From NCBI GenBank assembly GCA_002471375.1, contig DKPV01000085.1:1347-65346 (forward strand): a stretch of 64,000 nucleotides of DNA. The letters are read 5' to 3'. The DNA comes from Flavobacteriales bacterium UBA7325. Its GTDB lineage: Bacteria > Bacteroidota > Bacteroidia > Flavobacteriales_D > Crocinitomicaceae. Positions within the stretch are counted from its first letter, which is position 1. Each line of letters starts with the position of its first letter. Shown here piece after piece: positions 19,431 to 30,000 of the stretch. The translations under genes were made by a program, and so were the position numbers. The notes under the pieces are model-generated. The model was not told where the DNA came from. It saw only the letters and a list, made by a program, of their open reading frames with translations, and did no database searches.

Positions 19431-22247
19431 ATGATTACTCCGGAACTCGATAAAAAACTCTTTCTTATCGATGCATATGCATTGATTTTCCGTGCCTATT
19501 TTGCATTTGCAAAGAACCCTAGAATAAACTCTAAGGGACAGAATACTTCTGCGGCTTTTGGATTTACAAACTCATTAATCGACATAATCAAGAATGAAAA
19601 ACCAACCCATCTTGCTGTGGTTTTTGACCCTCCAGGAGGATCCACAACTAGAAAAGATGAATTTCCGGAGTACAAAGCTCATCGAGATGAAACGCCCGAG
19701 GGAATCATCTCAATGATTCAACCAATAAAGGATATTATTGCCGCATTTAATATACCTATAGTTCAGGTTGATGGGTATGAAGCGGATGACGTAATTGGAA
19801 CCTTGGCTGTTCAAGCTGAAAAAGAAGGATTCACAACATTTATGATGACGCCGGATAAGGATTTTGGACAATTGGTGACTGAGAAGTCTATGATGTTCAG
19901 ACCGGGAAGAGGTGGAAATCCTGCCGAAATTTGGGGTGTAAAGGAAATCTGTGAACGTTTTGACGTGGCAAGAGTTGAACAGGTGATTGATGTTCTTGGT
20001 CTGCAAGGTGATGCCGCGGATAATATCCCTGGAATTCCTGGAATAGGTGCTAAAACAGCATCAAAACTTTTGAAGTTGTATGATTCTGTTGAGGGAATTA
20101 TCGAGAACAGTGATCAACTTAAAGGTAAACAGAAGGAAAACATTGAAAATTTTGCAGAGCAAGGCATGATGTCGAAATCTTTAGCAACGATAATTATCGA
20201 TGTTGATGTTGAATTACACGAAGAAGATTTAGTCGTTTCACCGTTTGATGCTGATAAGATTAAAGAAGTTTTTACAGAACTTGAATTTCGGAATTTAGCA
20301 AGAAGGGTTTTAGGAGAGGATATCGTTGTTAAAGCTGCCGCACCTGTTTCAAGCGGAAGTAGTTCTCCTCAGTTGGATTTGTTCGGTGCGCAAAGTTTAG
20401 TAGAGCAGCAAGAACCTAGAGAGACGACTGAATTTAAAACCTTAGCTACGGAAAAGGCGAGTTATCATTTGATCACCAAGCCAGAGGAACGCAAAGAATT
20501 ACTTGACTTATTGTTAAAGCAAAAATCCGTTTGTTTTGATACTGAAACTGACAACATTGTTGCTCGTCATGCGAACGTAATTGGAATTTCCTTTTCCTTT
20601 AAAGAAAGAGAAGCTTACTATGTAGCTATTCCTCATAATTACGACGACGCTAAGTCGATTGTTGAAGAGTTCAGGCCATTCTTCGAATCTCAAACGATTG
20701 AAAAGGTAGCACATAACTTGAAGTATGACCTCCAGGTAATCAACCGATACAATGTTGATGTAATCGCACCGCTTTTCGACACGATGATTGCACACTATTT
20801 GATCAACCCGGAGTCGAAACAAAGCATGGACTTCTTGGCAGAATTATACTTGAATTATAAGCCAGTTTCGATAATATCGCTAATCGGTAAAAAAGGGAAG
20901 AATCAAGGAAACATGGCTGATCTAAAGCCTGAAGAGGTAAGTGATTATGCTTGTGAGGATGCTGATATTACTTGGCAGTTGAGAGAACTGTTTAAACCTC
21001 AAATTGAAAAAGAGCATTTAAGAGAGTTGTTTTACAACATGGAAATGCCGTTGCTCTCTGTTTTATCTGCAATGGAACAGGAAGGTATTGCAATTGATTC
21101 TGATGGGTTAATTAAGTACTCGGAAGAGCTTGGGACTACGCTGGTGGACCTAGAGTCAAGTATTAAAGAAGAGGCAGGGATGGATTTTAATGTAGATTCT
21201 CCTCGTCAACTTGGACAAGTTCTATTTGATCATATGCAAATATCATCGAAGGCTAAAAAGACCAAGACAGGTCAATATGCCACTTCAGAAGATGTTTTAC
21301 AGAAACACAAGAATGATCATGCAATTATTCCGATGATCCTTGATTATCGTCAGCTAAGAAAACTGAAAAGTACATACGTCGATCCGCTTCCAACTCTAAT
21401 GGATGAAGATGACAAACGAATTCACACAACCTATATGCAAACGGTTGCAGCAACTGGGCGACTTAGTTCCCATAATCCGAATCTTCAGAACATTCCTATC
21501 CGAACAGATAAGGGTAAGGAGATTAGAAGAGCCTTTATTCCAAGAGGTGAGGAATTCCAATTAATGGCAGCGGATTATTCGCAAATAGAACTTCGAATTA
21601 TCGCGGCGCTAAGTGAGGATGAAGCAATGATTCATGCATTCCAAAACGGACAGGATATTCACGCAGCAACTGCTGCAAAAGTATACGGGATCACAATTGA
21701 TGATGTCACACGTGAACAACGTAGTGCAGCAAAAGCAGTAAACTTTGGAATCATCTATGGACAGTCTGCATTTGGTCTTGCTCAGAATCTTGGAATTTCA
21801 AGAAAAGAAGCTAAGCAAATTATCGATAGTTACTTTGAGCAATACAATACCATCAAGGCATACATGGATAACGCCGTTGCCGAAGCGCGCGATAAAGGCT
21901 ACGTGGAGACAATAATGAAACGCCGTCGCTATCTTAAAGACATTAACTCTGCGAATGCAGTTGTGCGTGGGTTTGCGGAACGAAACGCAGTGAATGCGCC
22001 AATTCAAGGGTCTGCAGCGGATATTATTAAGCTCGCAATGATTGGCGTGCACGGAGCGATGCAAGAGGAACAGGTGAAATCTAAAATGCTGCTTCAAGTG
22101 CACGATGAATTGGTATTTGATGTGCACGAGAGTGAGGTGGAAATGATGCAAAACCTTGTGAAAAAGGAAATGGAATCGGCTATAGAACTTGTTGTCCCAA
22201 TGGAAGTTGAAATTGAAGTTGCTGATAACTGGTTAGACGCTCACTAA
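19431..22247 (+). CDS. polA: DNA polymerase I
   Basis: 5'-nuclease N-terminus (LIDAYALIFRAYFA), a 3'-5' exonuclease region, and the pol motifs DYSQIELR and QVHDELVF. I chose the ATG at 19431; the track TTG at 19425 adds 2 aa. Confidence 0.98.
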   Translation: MITPELDKKLFLIDAYALIFRAYFAFAKNPRINSKGQNTSAAFGFTNSLIDIIKNEKPTHLAVVFDPPGGSTTRKDEFPEYKAHRDETPEGIISMIQPIKDIIAAFNIPIVQVDGYEADDVIGTLAVQAEKEGFTTFMMTPDKDFGQLVTEKSMMFRPGRGGNPAEIWGVKEICERFDVARVEQVIDVLGLQGDAADNIPGIPGIGAKTASKLLKLYDSVEGIIENSDQLKGKQKENIENFAEQGMMSKSLATIIIDVDVELHEEDLVVSPFDADKIKEVFTELEFRNLARRVLGEDIVVKAAAPVSSGSSSPQLDLFGAQSLVEQQEPRETTEFKTLATEKASYHLITKPEERKELLDLLLKQKSVCFDTETDNIVARHANVIGISFSFKEREAYYVAIPHNYDDAKSIVEEFRPFFESQTIEKVAHNLKYDLQVINRYNVDVIAPLFDTMIAHYLINPESKQSMDFLAELYLNYKPVSIISLIGKKGKNQGNMADLKPEEVSDYACEDADITWQLRELFKPQIEKEHLRELFYNMEMPLLSVLSAMEQEGIAIDSDGLIKYSEELGTTLVDLESSIKEEAGMDFNVDSPRQLGQVLFDHMQISSKAKKTKTGQYATSEDVLQKHKNDHAIIPMILDYRQLRKLKSTYVDPLPTLMDEDDKRIHTTYMQTVAATGRLSSHNPNLQNIPIRTDKGKEIRRAFIPRGEEFQLMAADYSQIELRIIAALSEDEAMIHAFQNGQDIHAATAAKVYGITIDDVTREQRSAAKAVNFGIIYGQSAFGLAQNLGISRKEAKQIIDSYFEQYNTIKAYMDNAVAEARDKGYVETIMKRRRYLKDINSANAVVRGFAERNAVNAPIQGSAADIIKLAMIGVHGAMQEEQVKSKMLLQVHDELVFDVHESEVEMMQNLVKKEMESAIELVVPMEVEIEVADNWLDAH

Positions 22248-22257
22248 GTCATTATTC

Positions 22258-24453
22258 ATGACGAGATCTAAGTGGCTTATTGTTTTGGGAACCTATCTCG
22301 TGATAGGTGTAGGTTTTTACCTCGGAACTAAGCTCACTGTAGATTTAAGTTTGACAACACTCAGTTCGACTGAAAGTGAAGAGTACAAGAACTATCAAGC
22401 ATACACGAACAAATTTCCGACACAAGGCGGGGGGATTGTAGTTTCTCTCAAATTAAATACGGGGTTCAATAGCCGTTTAGAATTCGAGAACATAAACCAA
22501 ATTTGTCTAAAATTGGCTCGTCAATCTGGATGCTCGTCGGTATCATCTTTGACCAATGTCGAATTGCCTGAAAAGACTGGTTTCGGAATCAGGAAGAAGA
22601 ATATTATGAAGTTGAATTCTGAAGCTTCATTTACAAAGTCTTACGACAGACTGGATGACTACCCCGATGTAACACCTAAGTTCTTATCATCAAACCGTAA
22701 GGCAATTAGGGTTTTTGTTTCGGTTGGAGAAGGTGGAATATCAAGATCTATACTTGAGAACATCCTGGATGAATTTGAGTTTGATGAGGTCCATCTCTCT
22801 GGTCAGAAATATATCGCGGATGATGCCGAGAAGAAACTCTCGTTCGATAGATTTTGGTTGCCAATAATTTCTAGTCTTGTATTACTATTGCTATTCCATA
22901 TCTGGTTCCAAGATCTGCGAAGTCTGCTTGTTATTATTACAATTCTTGCATTAAACAGCGCTCTGGTTAGCATGATATTTTGGATTTCAAATACTGATAT
23001 CGGAATACTCACTGCTACAGTTCCTATATTGATAATAGTGTTGTCATTTTGTGATATCGTACATGTCATCCATCGCTACAAAAAGCAGGACGATGCGATG
23101 CCAACAGAGAAGCGAATACTCGCAACGACTAAGCCGCTCCGATTGTCGCTATGGTTAACTTCGCTGACAACCTTCGTTGCTTTTGCACTGTTTCTTTTAA
23201 GCGGTGTTGATGAGATTATTGACCTTGCAATTGTGACATGCTGTGGAATAATAATCGCATATTTGACTGCTCGATTTGTGCTTCCGGTTTTCATCGTCAC
23301 ATTTGGCGTCACTAACTTCAAACATAAAGAGGCATTTATTGGCTTGAGTAAAGCATTGATCAAACTTAAAAATTCGTATCGAGCATTGGCATTCATGGCT
23401 ATTTTGATACTGGCGGCCATGGTTGCAATCGTGATGAGTACGCTAAAGATTGATGATTCGTTTCATTACAGATTGGGTCCCGATACACCAATAGGAAAAG
23501 CGATGCGCTTCAATGACGAATATTTCGATGGAACTCGGTCCATTGAAGTTGTGGTCTCTAATGACAATGTTCTAACAGCTCAGACTATCAAGAAGGTTGA
23601 TCAAATTGGGACATACCTGAAAGAGGAATATGGTTGCCGTACAGTGTTCAGTGTGAATAGCGTCATTAAACGCTTAAATCGATTTAACGCGCATGGCGCA
23701 AGGTCTGAATACAGAATACCCGATACGCTTAATTGTACCTTATTTCAACAAGTGTTGAAGTACAAAGAGGAGTTGGGTTTAGGTAATGCAGTGAGTTCCG
23801 ATCAAAGAACATTGCGGATCATTGGCCGTTTGCCCGACATTGGGAGTGCGGAAGCAACGAAACGAAACGTGGCTCTAGTCAATTTTTTAAAGGGAGTAGA
23901 AACGGAAGATACCAAAGTGTTCACAAGTGGATTCTCGTACGTAAATGATCAAACAACGAATCGGGTAACGATGTTCATCTTACTTGGAATTATATTGAGT
24001 TTATTAGTTGCGGGAACTGTTTCCGGGATTGTGTTTCGATCGTGGAAAATTGCTCTGATTTCAATCCTTCCAAATTTGTTTCCACTTCTTGGGGCACTTC
24101 TTTTCATTGAATGTTTGGGCGTTGGATTAAATACAACTTCGGTCATGGCGTTATCTATCCTTTTAGGACTCTCTCTTGATGACACGATCTATTTTCTAAG
24201 CAGCAATTTTGACAAGGGTTCAAGAAAGATTACTTCAATGAAAATTGAGAGAAGTTTGAAAGAGAATACGTTTCCGGTGATGGTAACTTCTCTCATATTG
24301 GTTGCAGGATTTTTTATTTTAGCACTTTCAGGATTTCAGTCAAATAGAAATATTGGTTTACTCGTAGGGGGCATGTTATTAATTGCAGTAATTTCGGACC
24401 TTCTTATCTTACCCGCACTATTAGGACTGATTACGAAATCTAAAGACGACTAA
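22258..24453 (+). CDS. MMPL/RND-superfamily transporter (two 6-TM bundles, sterol-sensing-like)
   Basis: 731 aa with the topology TM1, periplasmic domain, 5 TM, periplasmic domain, 5-6 TM. Starts 11 nt after the polA stop. Confidence 0.75.
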   Translation: MTRSKWLIVLGTYLVIGVGFYLGTKLTVDLSLTTLSSTESEEYKNYQAYTNKFPTQGGGIVVSLKLNTGFNSRLEFENINQICLKLARQSGCSSVSSLTNVELPEKTGFGIRKKNIMKLNSEASFTKSYDRLDDYPDVTPKFLSSNRKAIRVFVSVGEGGISRSILENILDEFEFDEVHLSGQKYIADDAEKKLSFDRFWLPIISSLVLLLLFHIWFQDLRSLLVIITILALNSALVSMIFWISNTDIGILTATVPILIIVLSFCDIVHVIHRYKKQDDAMPTEKRILATTKPLRLSLWLTSLTTFVAFALFLLSGVDEIIDLAIVTCCGIIIAYLTARFVLPVFIVTFGVTNFKHKEAFIGLSKALIKLKNSYRALAFMAILILAAMVAIVMSTLKIDDSFHYRLGPDTPIGKAMRFNDEYFDGTRSIEVVVSNDNVLTAQTIKKVDQIGTYLKEEYGCRTVFSVNSVIKRLNRFNAHGARSEYRIPDTLNCTLFQQVLKYKEELGLGNAVSSDQRTLRIIGRLPDIGSAEATKRNVALVNFLKGVETEDTKVFTSGFSYVNDQTTNRVTMFILLGIILSLLVAGTVSGIVFRSWKIALISILPNLFPLLGALLFIECLGVGLNTTSVMALSILLGLSLDDTIYFLSSNFDKGSRKITSMKIERSLKENTFPVMVTSLILVAGFFILALSGFQSNRNIGLLVGGMLLIAVISDLLILPALLGLITKSKDD

Positions 24454-24454
24454 A

Positions 24455-25915
24455 TTGGAACCAACAATATTGATTATCTACGTTGTTGTTAGCATGACAC
24501 TCGTCATCTATAGCCTCGTAGAGTTTTCATTATTGGTCAATTTTTGGTTTCGAAAAAACAAGCATAAGAAACGAGAGTGGAAGGAGCTTCCAATGGTGAC
24601 CATTCAGCTTCCAATGTACAATGAATCATTCGTTGTAGAAAGACTGATCGATCGGATCACGGAAATGAATTACCCGAAAGATAAATTGGAAATTCAGATC
24701 CTCGATGATTCAAATGATGATACGGTCGGTAAGGCTAAACGGAAAGTAGCCTACTACCAAGAAAAAGGTTTTGATATCCAGTATATCCAACGTGAAGATC
24801 GTGTCGGGTTTAAGGCAGGTGCTTTAGATTATGGTTTGAAAACAGCCAAGGGGGAATTCGTTGCAATTTTTGATGCTGATTTTTTACCGTCTACTGAGTT
24901 TTTGAATGATATCTTGCCCTATTTTGTTCATGAAAAGGTGGGGGTTGTGCAGTCTCGCTGGACCTATATTAATGAGGATTATTCTTTCTTGACGCGCTTA
25001 CAAACAGTAATCCTAAACACGCATTTTTCGGTTGAACAGCAAGGGAGAAATAGAAGTGGGGCCTACATCAATTTTAATGGAACCGCCGGGATTTGGAGAG
25101 TATCTTGCATTGCGGATGCAGGCGGATGGCATGCGGATACACTTACTGAGGATCTTGACTTGAGTTTTAGAGCACAAATCAACGGGTGGAAGTTTGTCTA
25201 CGCCCACGAGATAGAATCACCTTCTGAGCTTCCTGTTACCCTTCCGGGTTATAAGGTGCAGCAGTTTCGCTGGTCCAAAGGTGCAGCTGAGTGCGCACGA
25301 AAAAACATTCCTGGATTACTTAAATCGAGGGCGCCTAGTTTCTGGGCTAAGATGATTGGATCATTTCACCTGTTGAACAGTTCAATGTATTTGATTATCA
25401 TAATGTTTGTTCTCTTATCTGTCCCGATGACGTATGTGGTTCAAAACCTCTCTAAGGACTCATGGATCTATGCCCTTTTCCCGTACTTCTTGTCAACAAA
25501 TTTGCTTCTCTTCATGGTGTTTGCAGGCGGAAGTTTATCGTCAAGTAAGAATGTTGGTATGGACATACTGCGTTTTCCTTTCGTTTTCATCGGTTTTATT
25601 GTGATCAATATGGGGATCTCATTATACATGTCGATGGGTATTGTAGAGGGATATATCGGGAAAAAGTCTGACTTTATTCGAACTCCAAAGTTCAATATCA
25701 TTGCTAAAAAGAAAGCTGAAAAGACAGAAAAGTATAATAAGATCAAAATCAAACCTCTGCTAATTTTTGAGTTTTTCTTCTTGGGGTATGGCATTTTTCA
25801 GATTATTTATGCGCTTAAACTTGGGAATATACCTATGGCATTATTCGGGTTAATGTTTGCATTAGGTTTTGGTATTAATGCGGGCTCAACGGTATACCAT
25901 TCTACTAGAAACTAG
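24455..25915 (+). CDS. membrane-embedded family 2 glycosyltransferase (cellulose/chitin/glucosyl-lipid synthase-like)
   Basis: VTIQLPMYNE, ILDDSNDDT, FDADF, TEDLDLS and the Q(Q/R)xRW motif (QQFRWSKGA), flanked by N- and C-terminal TM helices. TTG start 2 nt after the MMPL stop. Confidence 0.85.
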   Translation: MEPTILIIYVVVSMTLVIYSLVEFSLLVNFWFRKNKHKKREWKELPMVTIQLPMYNESFVVERLIDRITEMNYPKDKLEIQILDDSNDDTVGKAKRKVAYYQEKGFDIQYIQREDRVGFKAGALDYGLKTAKGEFVAIFDADFLPSTEFLNDILPYFVHEKVGVVQSRWTYINEDYSFLTRLQTVILNTHFSVEQQGRNRSGAYINFNGTAGIWRVSCIADAGGWHADTLTEDLDLSFRAQINGWKFVYAHEIESPSELPVTLPGYKVQQFRWSKGAAECARKNIPGLLKSRAPSFWAKMIGSFHLLNSSMYLIIIMFVLLSVPMTYVVQNLSKDSWIYALFPYFLSTNLLLFMVFAGGSLSSSKNVGMDILRFPFVFIGFIVINMGISLYMSMGIVEGYIGKKSDFIRTPKFNIIAKKKAEKTEKYNKIKIKPLLIFEFFFLGYGIFQIIYALKLGNIPMALFGLMFALGFGINAGSTVYHSTRN

Positions 25916-25963
25916 TTCGCGATTTCAAAGATTGATTATATAAAGTTTCTCTATATTCACGAC

Positions 25964-27076
25964 ATGAAATTACACGCCTTAATTCTCCTTTCAACTGCTC
26001 TATTATTCAGCTGTTCTGATCAAAAAGTGAATGAATCAACTCAATTGAATGGGGACAATTCTGAGCAATTGGAGCCATTAAGATTGAACCTCGAACATGC
26101 CGAGCGCTTGTTAGAATTACCGCTTTCCTGTATTGATATTGAGTATCCCAATAAGTTGAACCAGGTGATCGCTGGCGAGGAGGATTTGAAATCTCCAGAC
26201 AAGCTTCACCCTGCATTTTATGGGTGCTTTGATTGGCACTCTGCAGTTCATGGTCATTGGTCACTCGTGAAATTGGCTAAAACCTATCCTGAGTTGAAGG
26301 AGAAGGATCAGATTTTTGAGGGACTATTAAAACACATTTCAAAAGAGAATATTGATGGCGAGACAGCATATTTTCAGCATTCTTTAAGTCATAATTTTGA
26401 AAGGACATATGGCTGGGCATGGTTACTCAAATTAGCAGACGAGCTCCACACTTGGAATGATCCTAAAGCACGTATTCTTGAGCAAAATTTGAAGCCACTT
26501 ACGGACCTGATTGCAGAGCGTACCATTGAATTTCTTCCGAAACTACATTATCCCATACGCGCAGGAACGCATACAAATACCGCATTTGCACTGTGCATGA
26601 TCTATGATTATGCGCTTACGAGTGGCAATGATGAGCTGAAGGACGCGGTTTCCGGTCGTGCCAAAGCTTTTTATGGCAACGATGTGGATTGCCCACTAAC
26701 ATGGGAACCAAGTGGGTATGATTTCCTTTCACCATGTTTAGAAGAAGCAAACATTATGCGCCGGGTGCTACCAAAACCTGAATTTGCAACTTGGCTAGAT
26801 AGGTTCTTGCCTCAGTTAAAGTCAAGCGATTATAAATTGGATCCAGGTTTTGTCTCAGATCGTTCAGATGGACATCTCGTGCACTTGGACGGGTTGAACT
26901 TTAGCCGAGCTTGGTGCTTATTTGGAATAGCCAAAACGCTACCAGAGGATTATGGACATTTGATAGCTATCGGAAATGAACATATCGAGTATTCACTTCC
27001 TAATCTTGTTGGTGATTCATACGAAGGGGGGCATTGGCTAGCGAGTTTCGCCCTTCTGGCACTTAGTGATGAGTAG
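25964..27076 (+). CDS. DUF2891-like lipoprotein (alpha/alpha-toroid-like, function unknown)
   Basis: Lipoprotein signal LLSTALLFSC. The FYGCFDWHSAVHGHWSL motif is recalled as typical of DUF2891. Not verified by search. Confidence 0.55.
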   Translation: MKLHALILLSTALLFSCSDQKVNESTQLNGDNSEQLEPLRLNLEHAERLLELPLSCIDIEYPNKLNQVIAGEEDLKSPDKLHPAFYGCFDWHSAVHGHWSLVKLAKTYPELKEKDQIFEGLLKHISKENIDGETAYFQHSLSHNFERTYGWAWLLKLADELHTWNDPKARILEQNLKPLTDLIAERTIEFLPKLHYPIRAGTHTNTAFALCMIYDYALTSGNDELKDAVSGRAKAFYGNDVDCPLTWEPSGYDFLSPCLEEANIMRRVLPKPEFATWLDRFLPQLKSSDYKLDPGFVSDRSDGHLVHLDGLNFSRAWCLFGIAKTLPEDYGHLIAIGNEHIEYSLPNLVGDSYEGGHWLASFALLALSDE

Positions 27077-30000
27077 TTAATCGTAGCAAACCTCCCAACC
27101 GCGATTCTCCAATGTGCTTTGAAGTGTAACGAGCTCCACCGAGTCTGGAAGCGTCTCTTGAATTCTTGAAAAAGTAAGCTTTTTTCCGTCAATTTCTGGG
27201 GCCAGTTCAAAGGGAAATGAAGGAGTTCCTGCACTTGAATAGTTCTCAGAAAAAGTAATCCACTGGCGCAACAGGTTGATGGACTCGTTATCACTCAACT
27301 TGAACTGTGACGATCGAATAGAGCAGAAGAAATCGATGGAATACATTGCACGTGTTAGAAGAACATTAAGTCTTTGTCTTCCATTAGATGTTCCCATAGG
27401 TCCGAATCGCATATGGAAAGCGGCCTCTTCGTTTTGACCATAACCAAAACAAATCACAAGTTGATCGCACTCGTCTCCTTGAACATTTTCGAGTGCTTTG
27501 AAAAATCCTCCATACATCTCAATGTGTTCAGTGAGTTTAGATTGTTGCATGGCAGTTAATCGCTCCCATATGCATGTAAGTTGTTCTTCTGAAAATGCAA
27601 CAATACCAAGACTTCGATTTGATTTAAGAAGGTTCGATACGTGCTTTACAACTGCATCTGCTTCTATCTCATTGCGGCGATTAATAAACCTACCGTCTTT
27701 AATGAAGTGGTGTTGTATTGCTTGGCGATTACCGCTATCGAATCCGGGAAATGCTTTTAACTCTCCCTTGTAGAAATGTTGATTGGAGAATCGGATAAGG
27801 TCCGGATGTGTGCTTCTATAATGGTGCTTTAGCGAACACTTTTTATAATGATATGATGATTGATGAAGTAGGTCCATTGGCTCTGAACCGCCTTTCTTGA
27901 AGTAGGAACTTGGGCCCATCTGATGTTCATCTCCTGCAATAATTATTCGTTTACTTCGATGTATTCCACCAAGAGCATTTTGGAGTGGAACTTGACTCGC
28001 TTCATCGAATATTACAACATCAAACATACCCTCTTCTAGTGGAAAGCATTTTGATAGCTGAGCTGGATTGCTAAGCCAAATTGGCTTCAATAATTGAATC
28101 CATTCGCGCGCTTCAGAGCTATAAAGTTCTCTAAGGCTAGGATGACTTCTTGTCTTCCCAAACTCTTTAACGAGAATGGCTTTTCCTCTACGTAACCGCC
28201 TCTTTAATTCTTTGTCGGTTTCAGATAACTTTCGGGCGGGTGTGATGAGCATTTTATGGTAAGCAGTGAACTTAGAATAGGTGCTCATCAGAAGCTTATC
28301 CGACTCGATTTTTGCTTCGCTCTTTTCAACAGAAATGATGTCATTTACTTTATCGCGTATATCAGCTGGATCGAACTCAGAAAACTGAGGAAATCGTTCC
28401 TTGAATTGCGCAAAATTAGTTGAAAAAACAGTAGCCCTAAAAGTATCGAATGTATCACAAACTTTGAAGGTTTTATACATCGATTCACCCAAGAATTTCA
28501 AGGCTGATTTTTGCGAAAGGATCTTGGGTATTCGAACTTCTAAATCCTCAAGGTAATGAAGAATGTTTTGTTCATCAGAGAATCTAAAATGATTAAGAAG
28601 GGCGCTATATAAGTTTTGAAGTTCCCGATGTGATGAGGTTATTTTTAATCTCGTTTCTTTCGGAATGTTCTCAAATTCGAGCCACTGCTCTTCAGTAAAC
28701 GAGCCAAGTGTTTGTTGTATTTGAGGGATTTCTAATTCAGGAGATTCAATTCCTAAATCGTATAATTTTATTAAAATTTGCGAATAAGCAGCGCTATCTT
28801 CTTGATTTTTAATAATTCCGACAAGTGCCTGTTCTGCTTCTGTATGAGGTAGGATAGAGTATTTGGCCCAATTTTTACGTGCTTTTCGTTTAGTCCAATA
28901 ACTACTGCTCTTCAGTTGAGCTTGGAGAGAACGTGCCTCATCAATGGATAGTTGGTTCTTATTTCCAGAAGCATTTTGGACGGATGAGAGATGGTGCTTC
29001 TTGTATTTTTTGCGAAGCCGTATAAAGGACTTTTGTTCTTTCGAATCAGGCTTAAAAATAGCTTGATATTTTTTATAAATCTCATTATCATATACCTGAC
29101 AAAGGACTGCCTTTTTCATGGCCTTGGTAATGTCTTCCCAACTAGTTAAATCGAAATCATTTTGAAGCCTTTTTATTGTTGAAATCAATTCTCTAATCTT
29201 GCTATCAAAAGAATCGAAGCCATCGCTGTCAATCACTTTTTTTCTGATGGACCCAAGACTTGATTCTATGTTCAAGTCATATGCCTTTCTAATTAGATTT
29301 TCTTGATTCAGAAAATCAGAAATTAAGGGAGAAGAACTAAAGTATTTACCGGAGTAATTTTCGTTCTTCTTTTGCTTTAAAAAGTCGTGAAAGGAAATTC
29401 CCCCGATTAAATTTTCTTGCAAAAGCAGATCTAAATTCATCTGAAGATTGTCTTCGTACTGCTCGGATAATAGGAGGTTCTTAATTGGCCTTGGAATGAA
29501 ATTTTCAAAGTAATCCCAAGTTGATTTAAGTTCCATTAAAAAGGATCGACTCATGCGATCTGAACTTGCGATATAACACAATTTGTCAAGATCGAAATCA
29601 GACAGCTTCTTCTGAATTACATTAAGGGCCGCATGTTTTTCTGAGATCACAACAACTCGCTGCGATGCTCCTAAGAATTTTGCAATTAAATTGGTTAGAA
29701 CTTGTGATTTACCCGTACCAGGAGGCCCTTGAACCACAAGGTTGTTGTACGCTGCTGCCTCGAATACTTTTTTGTGATCACTATCCGCAGGAAGTATGTG
29801 AGTACTAGAAAATTGAACCTCATCCACTTCGGGTTTCGTCAATCCGAAGAGTGAACTTAGTCCATTTCCATAGAACGGAACTTTACTAAGTTCCTCTAAT
29901 TCTTTTATTATCTGGTACCGGTGATGATGAAAGTTTCCAATGACCATTGAACCCTTCTCTGCTGGCAGTCCTTTCTCTTTTAGAAATTGGATAACATCTT

